Of a stretch of 64,000 bases of DNA, positions 39,900 to 50,180 are shown piece after piece. The notes under the pieces are model-generated. The model saw nothing but the letters and a program-made list of their open reading frames with translations. It was not told where the DNA came from and searched no databases. Position 1 is the stretch's first letter. Every line of letters starts with the position of its first letter. Source of the stretch: Chiloscyllium plagiosum (taxonomy: Eukaryota). The stretch lies in assembly GCF_004010195.1 (NCBI RefSeq), contig NC_057719.1:59903410-59967409 (forward strand), given 5' to 3'. The translations under genes and the position numbers were made by a program.

Positions 39900-40940
39900 G
39901 AGTATAAATAAGAACAGCTTGGTATAAATCGAGAGTAGTGATGCACCTTCTCATGCGTGCATATCAAACATTCATTCCCCAGTACATTTTCTAACTTTAT
40001 GGACTCGTTTTATATATTGGGTGGGCGGAGGAGGTAGATGCCCTTTGGGAAACGTCCTAGGCATGGAAAAAGCTCCGAAAGCGCGTGCACTTGAAGGTTG
40101 CCTCAGGTACATTGGGGTTTTGTTAATGCAGCATAATCTGTGACTGACGATTTGTCAAAAGTTACAATCAGTGCGTGTGAATCGTTGGAAATGCGGAGTT
40201 GGGTTAGGGACGCTGCAAAGCAGCGCCAGGACAGGAGCCACGTGCAGGAAAGATTAGAAAATGACAGGGTCTCGCGGAACATCGACTGCGCCGAGGGAGA
40301 GCCCGTTTCGAGCACGCGCACCAGGTTCGAGGAAGGGAAGCAAGCGCGAGATCGGGACTGTTTAAAGACCGATGCGAATTGGCTCGACTTTGGCGACTCG
40401 GTTTCCTCGCTCCACCGGCGAGACAGGGGGAATGGCACGCGTGTCGGTAACCGAGCGGGCGGCAGAAAGCGAGTTTCGTTGCCGGAGGCTTGTTCTCGTG
40501 CTCCAGAAGTGAGTGGCATGGATAACGAAGCCGAAGACGATGACACCGGGGCTCACGGCGCATTGGGCACAAGGCGCAGGTCGGGGCAAGTCGCCGCGGA
40601 GCTCGGGCAGGGTGACGGTGCAGGCGGCCCGCACCGGATGGCTGTGGAGCGCGAGCGCGCGAGCGAGCTGCAACGACCGCCCGTCGAATCTGAGGGCACG
40701 AGCGGGCTGGCGGTGGGATGCGCGGCGAACGATAATGCAGTACGGCGCGTGGAAGCCGGTGACAGTTGGCACTTCCTGGAACTGCGCTGGGATCGTGACA
40801 ACCGTGCGAGCGCGCCGCTGGCAGGCTGGGACTGTGCGGAGCCACTGCGCAAACGCCCGTGTTCCCAACAAGTAAATAAACAAGCGGACATGTCGCTCCA
40901 CACGTACATCATGAAGCCTCCTCATGCCAGCACGGTCCAC
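39900..40940 (+). promoter_or_regulatory. CpG island and putative promoter of exon A
   Basis: Strongly CpG/GC-rich at about 40070-40940 in an otherwise CpG-depleted window. TATAAATA 39903-39910, GC box GGGCGG 40023-40028, GCGTG at 39955, 40083 and 40173, CACGTG 40239-40244. Confidence 0.7.
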
Positions 40941-41570
40941 AATCCTCCAGTTGTACAACCCCAAATAGCAACACCACGCGGACATTCTTTTGATTCACTG
41001 AACACATCTTCCGTCAAAAGTTCGGGTAGTTTAGCAAGTGACGAGAAAGTGAGGAAACAGGATGCAAGTAGTGAGGATGAACCACCAAAGTGTTCGAAGG
41101 GAGTTTCTAATAACAAAGAGGATCAGTGTCAAGTAAAATGCGACTCATGGAAAGCACCTGATACCTTGAATAAACACCTTTGTACCAAAACTACAAGTAG
41201 TAAGAGAATGAACCTGTCAAAGCTGGTGTTAGATCACATAGCACCTTGCATGAATCAGTACGGGTTATGTTTTGTCGATAACTTTTTAGGCAACAAAATT
41301 GGCGACAAAATTTTGCAAGAAGTTGTAACTCTCTATCAGAGTGGTAGTTTTGAGGATGGAACACTGGCAGGGCAGAGTACCGCTTCAGATAAAGAAGTTA
41401 CTGCACCATCTGGCACTTCCAATAAAACTATTCGTGGAGACAAAATAATGTGGGTACAGGGTACTGAGCCTGGCTGTGCATCTATAGGGCTTCTGATGCA
41501 AAGAATGGATAAACTTATATTGCATGCTGATGGGAAACTTGGGCACTACAGAATCAGAGGAAGGCACAAG
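40191..41570 (+). CDS. EGLN/PHD HIF prolyl hydroxylase, long first coding exon ('exon A'): disordered N-terminus plus N-terminal half of the 2OG-Fe(II) dioxygenase domain; partial CDS
   Basis: Open frame 40140-41582. First in-frame ATG at 40191; a strong-Kozak ggcATGg at 40518. C-terminal part LVLDHIAPCMNQYGLCFVDNFLG...IRGDKIMWVQGTEPGCASIGLLMQRMDKLILHADGKLGHYRIRGRHK resembles PHD2 [23 protein letters not shown]...IRGDKITWIEGKEPGC...YKINGRTK. Ends AAG|gtcagt, a phase-0 donor at the conserved EGLN intron position. Paralogue identity is ambiguous, so no symbol is given. Confidence 0.9.
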
Positions 41571-43291
41571 GTCAGTAACTAAAATCTAAAGTAATGATTG
41601 AAAATGTTTTTCTATATCAGCATTTTTTCTGTTTCAATAACATAAAATTATGTTTATGTTTCTACAATGTATCCTACAATACATGAACATGTATTTTGCT
41701 ATTTTGGTTGCATCGGTAAATTACATTAGAATTTTTTTGGTATACTTCTATTAGATCAAATTTAAATTATTCATTAAATACATAGATAACAAGAGGCATT
41801 TCCTAAATTAGAATCTGGTGTGTTAATTAAAAATTATAACACAAGAATTGTCAAGTCACACAGTACCATCCAGCTAAGTGTGCCAATACCTCCACCTGCA
41901 ATAAGGTTGTTGGCTATTGCCAAGTATTACTTGGACTAAAGAGATCAAAGGGTATCGGAAATAAGTAGAACAGACAATTGAATTGGATGATCAGCCGTGA
42001 TCATACGAGTGTTGGAGCAGGCTTGAAGGGCTGAATGATTTTGGCCCTTCAGTATTTAGAGTGCTAAATCTGAAGTGGTAACTATTGTGGCAGCCACCAT
42101 TGGCATAGAGGCCGACAAAGTCTGGGTTACTTAGGGATCTGTACCTGCACTCTGGCCTGCTGCTGCAAATATGAAATACTGCAATGAGTTGAAAGTCTTA
42201 CAACAGCATTGCAACATTGAAAACCGAATCTTTTAAAACTATCACAAATTTCCATTCACAGCAGTATGTTATCCCTGAAGAGGCAAGAGAGTAGAAGGAA
42301 CAGGTGGGAGAATACCAATTTAAACCAAGTAAGGGCAAAAAGTCTAGTGAGGATCAAAGGGATAGAGTGAAAAGTTTCAGTGGGAACTGAGGAAGATGGA
42401 TATGAACTGTCAGCATGAATTGAGGGGAAAAGGAAGGGGAAAGAACTATCATAAACTGGGAAAGGAAGAAGAATACTAGGGTAAAATGTGAAAATTGCAA
42501 TCATGAACTGGAAAAGAGAGCTTACAACAACAGCTTGCATTTCGATAGGTGTTAAAGTGGTAGATTGACCAAAGGCACTTCACAGGAACGTTGTAGACAA
42601 AATTTAATATTGGATTATATAAAGATATTTTAGAACAGGTGACCAAAAGTCTGTTCTGAAGTTCTAAGGAGCATTATAACCATAAAGGAAGGTAAGAAAG
42701 GAGAGATTAAGAAATAAAAATAGGGATTTTGGGAAAAATTTAGCAGGTCTGGCGGGATCTGTGGAGATATATTGGACTCAACCTTAACTGTTTATCTCTT
42801 CTTCAGAATTGAAGGGGGCTGGAAAACAGTAATTTTTATGTTGTTGTCAAAAGGGAAGCATACCAAGTAGAACAGAGGTAATGGTGCCCAGAGCAAAGAT
42901 AAAGGGAATGCTAATGGTAGTAGAGAAATATACAGATGCTTCGCACCTCTGCACCCAGCCATTTTATTTGTTTTGAAAATATTTTATTCATGTCATGCAT
43001 TGTTCTCCATACATCTCATCAACTTATTGTGAATTTTCTCTTTTTCTACCCAAGTCATCGCATATGACCAGTTTCAAAATGATCTTAATTATTTGTACAG
43101 GAGACTAACTTTGCTCAAATTGTTCAGATTTAGGATTTTTTTTGTTTCATGGAATGTGGACATCATTGGCAAGTATTGACGATTCTTAATTGCCCTTGAA
43201 CTGACTGACTTGCTCGGCACTTTCAGACAGCAGTAGAGAGCCAACTCATTGTTGTGGGTCTGGGATCATGTGGGCCATACCTGATAAGGAT

Positions 43292-45502
43292 AGAGACAAA
43301 AAAAACTGCAAATGCTGGAATCCGAAGTAGACAGACAGGATACTGGAAGAACACAGCAAGCCTGGCAGGTCAGTAGGTGTTGATGTCAATGTTTCAGGTG
43401 TAACCCTTCTTCAGGACTGGCGGTGGGTGTGGAGGAAGCTGCAGATAAAAGGGGAGGTGGGGACAGAGTGGTGAACTGGGGATAGGTGAAGACAGGTAGA
43501 GGGTATGTCCTGGTTAGTCAGTGGGAGAAATGGATCCGGCTGGTGGCATGGTGCCAGTGTCAGTGATGGGGAGAGTCTGGGAAGGGAGTCAGGGGATGGA
43601 AAGGGAGGTTATTTGAAATTGGAGAACTAAATCTTGAGTCCTCCAGGCTGTAGGGTGCCCACGCAGAAGATAAGGTATTGTTCCTCCAATAGGCACTGTG
43701 GTTTGTTTTGGCAATGGAAGAGGCCAAGGGAATGGTTGGGGGAAAAATAATGGCGCTGACTGGGAGGTGTGGTTGGCCTCTGCGGACCTGGCTGCGATGC
43801 CCGGTGAGTCATTTCCTGAGTTTACGTTCAGTCTCCCCAGTGTAGAGAAGACTACATCGAGAGCCCCTGATGCAATAAACTAGGTTGGAAGAGAGGCAGG
43901 TGAACCTCTGTCTCACCTGGAAAGACTGTTTGGGGCCATGGATGGAGGTGAGTAGGGTGGTGTACTGGCAGGTTTTGCATTTTATCTGGTTGCAGGGGTA
44001 GGTAGCTGGGAGTTTGGTGGTGGAGATGACGTGAACCAAGAACTGTCAGAGGGAACAGTCCTTGCGGAAGGCTGAGAAGGTTGGGAAGGGAAGATGTTCT
44101 TGGTGGTGGGGTCTATTTGGAGTTGACAGAAGTGCTTTAGGATGATGCGTTGGATGCGGAGACTATAGGTTAAGGCAAGGAGGACTCTATCCTTATTGCG
44201 TTGGGAGGGGGGGGGTTTAGAGCGGTGGAATAGGGAATGAAGGTGGTGTGGCAGCGTGCTGTCTAGATGACGGAGGAAAATCGCGTTGCTCAAAATAGGT
44301 GGACATTTGGATGCTCACGAGTGGAATGTCTCCTCATCTGAGTAGATGAGGCAAAGGAATTGGGAGAATGGGATGGGGTTTTTGCAGATACTGGATGGAA
44401 GGAGCTGTAGTCCAGGTAGTTATGGGAGTCTGTAGATGTGTAGTTGACGTCTGTCTGGAGACTGTTGCCGGAGATGGAAATGGTGATGTCAAGAAAGGGG
44501 AGGGACATATCCAAGAAGTGAATTTGAGGGCAGGGTGGAAGTTGTGGGAGAAGTCAATGGACTGCTTCAGTTCAGCCTGATTGCAGGACGCTGCACCGAT
44601 ACAGTCATCTATGTAACGGCGGAAGAGTTGGAATATGGTGCCTGAAGGTGCTGAAGAAGGACTGTTCGATATGGCCAACAAAGAGGCAGGCATAGCTGGG
44701 GTCTATCCGGGCTCCCATGGCCACCCCCTTGATTTGGAGGAAATGGGAGGAGTTGCAGGAAAAGTCTTTGAGGGTGAGGTCCAGTTTGGTGAGGCAGAGG
44801 AGGAGGACTGGATGGATCTATTGGAGAAGAAGAACTGGAGGGCCTGGAGGCTGTCCTTGTGGGGTATGGACATGTATAAGGACTGCACGTCCATAGTTAA
44901 GGGAAAGCGCTGTGGGCAGGGAAATTGGAAGTTGTTGAAGATATGGAGGGCATGGTTAGTATCGCGGATGTAGGTGGTAAGTGTCTGAACTAAGGGGGAG
45001 AGGATGGATTCGAGGTAGGACAAGATGAGTTCAGTGGGGCAGGAGCATGCCAAGACGATGGGTCGGCCAGGATAGCTGGGCTTGTGGACCTTAGGGAGCA
45101 GGTAGAACCGGGCAGTACGGGGCTGGGGGTCTATGAGTTTGGAGGCACTAGAGGGACATCACCGGAGGCAATGGTTGCACTGACGGTGTCTCGGATTTGG
45201 GCATGATGGGTCGCGGTGGTGTCATAGGCAAGGGGGAGGTAAGATGTGGTGTCGGAGAGTTGGCATTTGGCCTCTGTGATATAAAAGTCCGTCCTCCAGA
45301 ATACCACCACTCCGCCTTTATCAGTGGATTTGATGGTGAACCAGGGTTATTGTGGAGTGAGTGGAGTGCTGCATGTTCAGAGGGGGTGAGGTTGGAGTGG
45401 GTGAGGGGGATGGAGAAATTGAGGAGGCTGATGTCATGTTGGCAGTTTGCAATGAAGTGTTCTAGGGCAGGTAGAAGGTCTTCAGGTGGTGACCAAGTGG
45501 AG
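43292..45502 (-). mobile_element. Penelope-like retroelement (RT + GIY-YIG), degenerate, inserted in an old Deu-type SINE
   Basis: TYIRDTNHAL...TMDVQSLYMSIPH, FRRYIDDCIG, CKTCQY...FTCLSSNLVYCI...LYTGETERKL, LEEQYLIFCVGTLQPGGL. Probable TSD CTGA(T/C)AAGGAT at 43281-43291 and 45503-45513. Confidence 0.9.
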
Positions 45503-46799
45503 CTGACAAGGATGGCAGATTTCCTTCCCTAAAGGCCATTAGTTAACCAGGTGGGTTTTCTGCATTAATTGAGATGCAGTTGCTGTGGTGGAATTTGAAG
45601 CCATGTTCCCAAAGTGTTAGGCTGGACCTCGAGATTTCTAGTCCAGTGACAGTAGTAGCTCTGTGCTACTATCTCTACCTTCATGACGGAAAAAGGCTAA
45701 AATCCCAGAAAATTATACACAAGGTACTTTAAGGAGCGTTATGTAGTGGTATAGCAAGGTGGAAAGGGTGAGAGGTTAAGGAGAAAATTGACATGTTAAA
45801 ACAACACTTTGGTAAAAAGAACAGATGGCAAATTTAGTAGGTTTGGAAAAAATGGGTTTTCACCTAAAGCAGAACTACATATACATTAATTGTTAGGGGG
45901 AATTTCCCTTTTTATTTTACTTTAAGCATTCAATATAATTGTATTCACTATTCATAAAATAATCAATTGCTTTCAGATTGTTGTTCTCTCCTTTTATAAA
46001 ACTTATATTTATTTTCATGTGGTAATCTACTGTAGCCACAAGATCATTATTTTTAATGCAGTTACACCTCAAGTTTTGCCTTCCGAAATGTCTCTGCCTT
46101 TCCATCTCATTTTGTTAATTCACAGGAAGTTGACATCACTGGCAAAGCAGCATTTATTATCTATTTCTAATTACTGGAGAAGGTGGTAGTGTTGCACCAT
46201 CTTCAACCACAATAGTCTGTGTTTAAGTACTGTTTCAGTTTTGTTCGGGAGGCATTTTCTAGATTTTGACCTGTGCCTTTGAAGGAATGGTGATGTAGTT
46301 CTAAATTGGGATAGTGTGTGGTCTGAAGGGGATCTTAGATGGTTGTATTCCCATGCACCAAGTGCACTTGTCCTTCTTGGTCATACGTTTGGTCAGTGCT
46401 GACAAACAAAATCGTGAGTTGCACATTGGTACTACAAATTTCAGTCAAGGTTTGCTTGTTGATGCTGGAGGAAGTGAATATTTAAGGTGGTGGACAATGT
46501 CTGTGAAGACCCTCGTTAAAACTGATGTGTGATCAAATTTTCAGTCAGTCTCTTTTGGCTAGATCTAATTTCTTTATTTGACAGTACATCTGTGTAGCTC
46601 TTTGGGACATCATCTTAAAGTGTCGCTTAAATAAAAGTTGCTGTTACTTCATTATTATACTTGTTTCGTGACAACCAAAAATTAGTCCAGAAAGTGAGAC
46701 TGAGAGATTTCATTCATGAAAATCTCACTTTGCTTTATTCTAGTACCTTGACGCTGGATTCAGAGTGCTGTACTGTGATTGGAAAATTGGTGCAAATGC

Positions 46800-47610
46800 A
46801 CCCTCAAGTTTGTTTAAAATCAAATTGCATTCACCTGCAATTCTTCTAACCTGATCTATTGCATCCGTTGCTCCCGATGTGGTCTCCTCTACATCGGACA
46901 GACCAAGCTCAGACTCGGGAACTGGTTCGTGGAGCTTCTGTGTTCTGTATGCTTCAATCAACACCACCTTCCAGTTGCCAGCCATTTCAACTCCCCCCTC
47001 CCAAACCCTTAGTGACCTGGCCATCCTGGGCCTGTTCCACTGTCAAAATGAGGCCACACATAAATTGGAGGAACAACACCTCACGTTCTGCCTTGGGAGC
47101 TTACAGCCCAATGAACTCACATAGAGTTCATCAACTTCAAAATCTCCCCACCCCCAGCCTCATCCCATGTCCAGCCCTCCCTCTCTCCTCGCCTCCTTGA
47201 CCTGAGATACCTGTTCATCCTCCTTCTCACTATTCTGCTCCACTCTTTCTACTAACTAATTGGGGGGGAGAAAGTAATGAAAAGCTTATGCTTGAAACAT
47301 CGATTCTCCCGCTCCTTGATGCTGCCTGACCGGCTGTGCTTTTCCAGCACCACATTCTTTGCCACTGACCAATCTCAGTAACACCTTACCTGCATCCACC
47401 TATCATCATTCCACTACCTTCTACCGACCACCCCCCTCCCACCCTTGTTTCTCTCTATTTATTTCTGAGTTTCCTTCCCCTCCCATGTCCTGATGAAGGG
47501 TCTGGAAACATCCACTTTCCTGCTCCTCTGTTTTGTCTGACCTGCTGTGTTTTTTCAGCTCAGTGTTTTATCGATGCTGACTTCCAGCATTTGCAGATCT
47601 TAAATCTCCA
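46800..47610 (+). mobile_element. Penelope-like GIY-YIG 3' fragment with terminal repeats
   Basis: SSNLIYCIRCSRCGLLYIGQTK, KLEEQHLTFCLGSLQP. Terminal units at about 47280 and 47490. Confidence 0.8.
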
Positions 47611-47674
47611 AATTATTTAATCAAAACTGTTATTTCTTTGATAGATATAATATCCTTGAAACACATTTAATTAC

Positions 47675-48205
47675 AGAGTCGTAGTGATGTACAGCATGGA
47701 AACAAACGCTTTGGTCCAACTCATCTATGTCGACCAGATATCATAAATTAATCTAGACCCATTTGCCAGCACTTGGTCCAAATCCTTCGAAGCTCTTCCT
47801 ATTCATATACCCATCCAGATGCCTTTTAAATGTTGTAATTGTACAAGCCTCCACCACTTCCTCTGGCAGCTCATTCCATACATGTACCATCTTCTGCATG
47901 AAAAAGGTGCCCCTTAGGTCCCTTTTATATCTTTCCCCTCTCACCCTAAACCTATGCCCTCTAGTTTTGGCCTCCCCCACTTCAGGGAAAAGACCTTGCC
48001 TACTTACCCTATCCATGCCCCTCATGATTTTATAAACCTCTGTAAGGTCACCCTCAGCCTCCTGTGCTCCAAGGAAAACAGCTCCAGCCTATTCAACTTG
48101 TCCATACAGCTCAAATCCTCCAACCTTGACAACACCCTTGTAAATCTTTTCTGAACCCTTTCAAGTTTCACAACATCATTCCTATAGGAGGGAGACCAGA
48201 CTGTA
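47675..48205 (-). mobile_element. CR1/HER1-type LINE 3' fragment
   Basis: KTRGHRFRVRGERYKRDLRG.FF...WNELPEEVVEA. Confidence 0.85.
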
Positions 48206-48339
48206 CTACTTTAGAAGATATTTAGTGATCAGTTAATGTTGCTCCTACTTGGAAATACCCAAGAAAGAAGCGAACTTTATTTGTGTTCGCTTCATCATTC
48301 ATTCATTTTACTAACAGTCAGGGTTTCCCAACTATAACG

Positions 48340-48807
48340 AAATCGAGTGAATATGTCACCATTTCTTTTCACGGTTCATCTTTCTGCGTTCCGGTTCATA
48401 CCAAAGGGCTATTGCCTGGTAGGGTCACCCCATGAAACTTTGTCTACATGCTGTGCTGAAATTCCTCAATGGCGGTTTGCTCCTCCCACTCCCACATTCT
48501 GCACGTCGCTTCCAGTGACTAAGAGCACGTCATTGCCTGAAGCTCAACATGCAGTATACAGGCTAAGTTTAATATAGTTGGTGCTGGAAAGACAGATTTA
48601 GAATTGAGGTCCCGGTATTTCTGCGATCTTAAGTCATCTGAGATACAGAAAATATTACTAAGATTCTGAACCAGAGGCGGAAGCCGCGATATTAGTGAGA
48701 GCAAGAAATCTTGCAAGCTCACTGATTCGGGGTTACTCAAAACTTGCAGTGATTGGAAAAGTACCATTCTGGATCCTCTGATAGGATTCGATTTACGATT
48801 TCACAAG
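48340..48807 (+). promoter_or_regulatory. Putative promoter/5'UTR of exon B with two HRE-like sites
   Basis: Non-repetitive and locally CpG-retaining. GCACGTC at 48501-48507 and 48525-48531 (GACGTGC on the minus strand), ETS-like GGCGGAAG near 48676, inverted CCAAT (ATTGG) near 48752. Confidence 0.6.
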
Positions 48808-49146
48808 ATGGTTTTAAATCTTGAGAAGCTAGTGAGGGAGAGCGTCGTACCTCGTTTAAATGAACACGGTTATTATTACATTGATAATTTTTTGGGAAGT
48901 GCAGTCGGAGATTGTGTTTATGAAGAAGTTCGTAACTTGCATTCTGTAGGAACGTTACGAGATGGGCAATTGGCCGGTCAAAGAGCTGGTTACTGCAAGA
49001 GACATCTACGGGGTGATCAGATCGCTTGGGTGAGAGGAGTCAAGGACAGATGTTATGCGATAGACTTCCTTCTTTCGTTACTAGATAAGCTTATTATTCT
49101 TTGTGAAGGAAAACTCGAGAATTACAATATAAAAGATAGATCCCAG
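48808..49146 (+). CDS. egln3: EGLN3/PHD3-type first coding exon ('exon B'), 113 codons; partial CDS
   Basis: MVLNLEKLVRESVVPRLNEHGYYYIDNFLGSAVGDCV...GTLRDGQLAGQRAGYCKRHLRGDQIAW...FLLSLLDKLIILC...IKDRSQ closely follows human PHD3 exon 1 ([37 protein letters not shown]...LRDGQLAGPRAGVSKRHLRGDQITW...FLLSLIDRLVLYC...VKERSK). Consensus donor CAG|gtaagt at 49146/49147, phase 0. Confidence 0.92.
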
Positions 49147-49526
49147 GTAAGTTCTCTGGATACATTCGGATTATCCGGTTTGTATGAGTTTGACTGAGTT
49201 AATTAACCAGTGAGGTTAAAATGGGTTGTTACAAATGTTTGAAGTACTTACAGAAAAACTGATTTGAGAAGCTGTCATCAACTGCAGTGTCCAGTGTAAT
49301 ATCTTAAGTTTAAAAGAGATTTTGTGTAGAGAAGCAGTATTGCACCCCCCCCCCCCCCCGCCCGTTTCATAAGTGTTATATTTGAGCAGAAACTTTTTAA
49401 CATCTGAATGTAGAAACAGGTTTCATGATCTTGTGAATGAGGTAAGGACAGAGCATGAGAATGATTTTTTTCTTAATTTGATTCATTTTGAGGAGGTAGT
49501 ACCTCAATCACACTGATTCATACATA

Positions 49527-50180
49527 ATTTGGAGGTGCTGGTGTTGGACTAGAGTGTACAAAGTTAAAAATCACAACAGATTTATTTGGAAGTGCTAGCT
49601 TTCAGAGTGCTGATCCTTCACCAGGTGGTTGTGGAGTATAAGATTGTAGGATTCAGAACTTATAGCAAAAGTTTACAGTGTGCTGTAACTGAAATTATAT
49701 ATTGAAAAAGACCTGGATTATTTGTCAAGTCTCATCTTTTGGAATGGGCATGTTTCATATGTAAATTCCAGAACTTTCTCAAAGTTACTTACATAAATCC
49801 GCGTCAGATTCTGTAAATTCCTTTTTTAGATTAGAATCAGTCTGATCATTGGGGCACAGACAACCTCACACCTTCAGTGCATTATCTGGGCCAATATGGC
49901 ACCTATTGTTGAAGTTCACTTGAGAATGTAACTTTAAGAAAATTCTGGAATTTACATATGCAGGACCTGAGACCAACATGCCCATTCTAAAAGATGAGAG
50001 ACTTAACAAACAATCCAGGTCTTTTTCAATATATAATTTCAGTTACATCACACTGTAAACTTTTGCTATAAATTCTGTGTCCTACAACCTTATACTCTAC
50101 AACCACCTGAGCAGCATTCCGAAAGTTAGTGCTTCCAAATAAACCTGTTGGACTTTAACCTGGTGTTGTGATTTTTGATT
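49527..50180. mobile_element. Fold-back Penelope-like insertion (family 2) with ~220-bp inverted arms
   Basis: About 49565-49790 is the reverse complement of about 49927-50176 (e.g. ACTGAAATTATATATTGAAAAAGACCTGGAT vs ATCCAGGTCTTTTTCAATATATAATTTCAGT). Possible TSD GATTCATACATA 49515-49526 / GATTCCTAAATA 50182-50193. Confidence 0.75.

Noticed and set aside
40103..40985. Overlapping antisense and alternative-frame ORFs in the CpG island
   Set aside because: Expected stop-codon scarcity in GC-rich sequence; no recognisable domain; they shadow exon A.
41571..41582. ORF tails VSN* (exon A) and VSSLDTF...* (49147-49197, exon B) as true C-termini
   Set aside because: They follow consensus GT donors at the conserved EGLN intron position, so they are intronic read-through.
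48808..49146. Exon B as a processed pseudogene
   Set aside because: Homology ends exactly at an intact splice donor, the frame is intact, and there is no poly(A) or exon-2 sequence.
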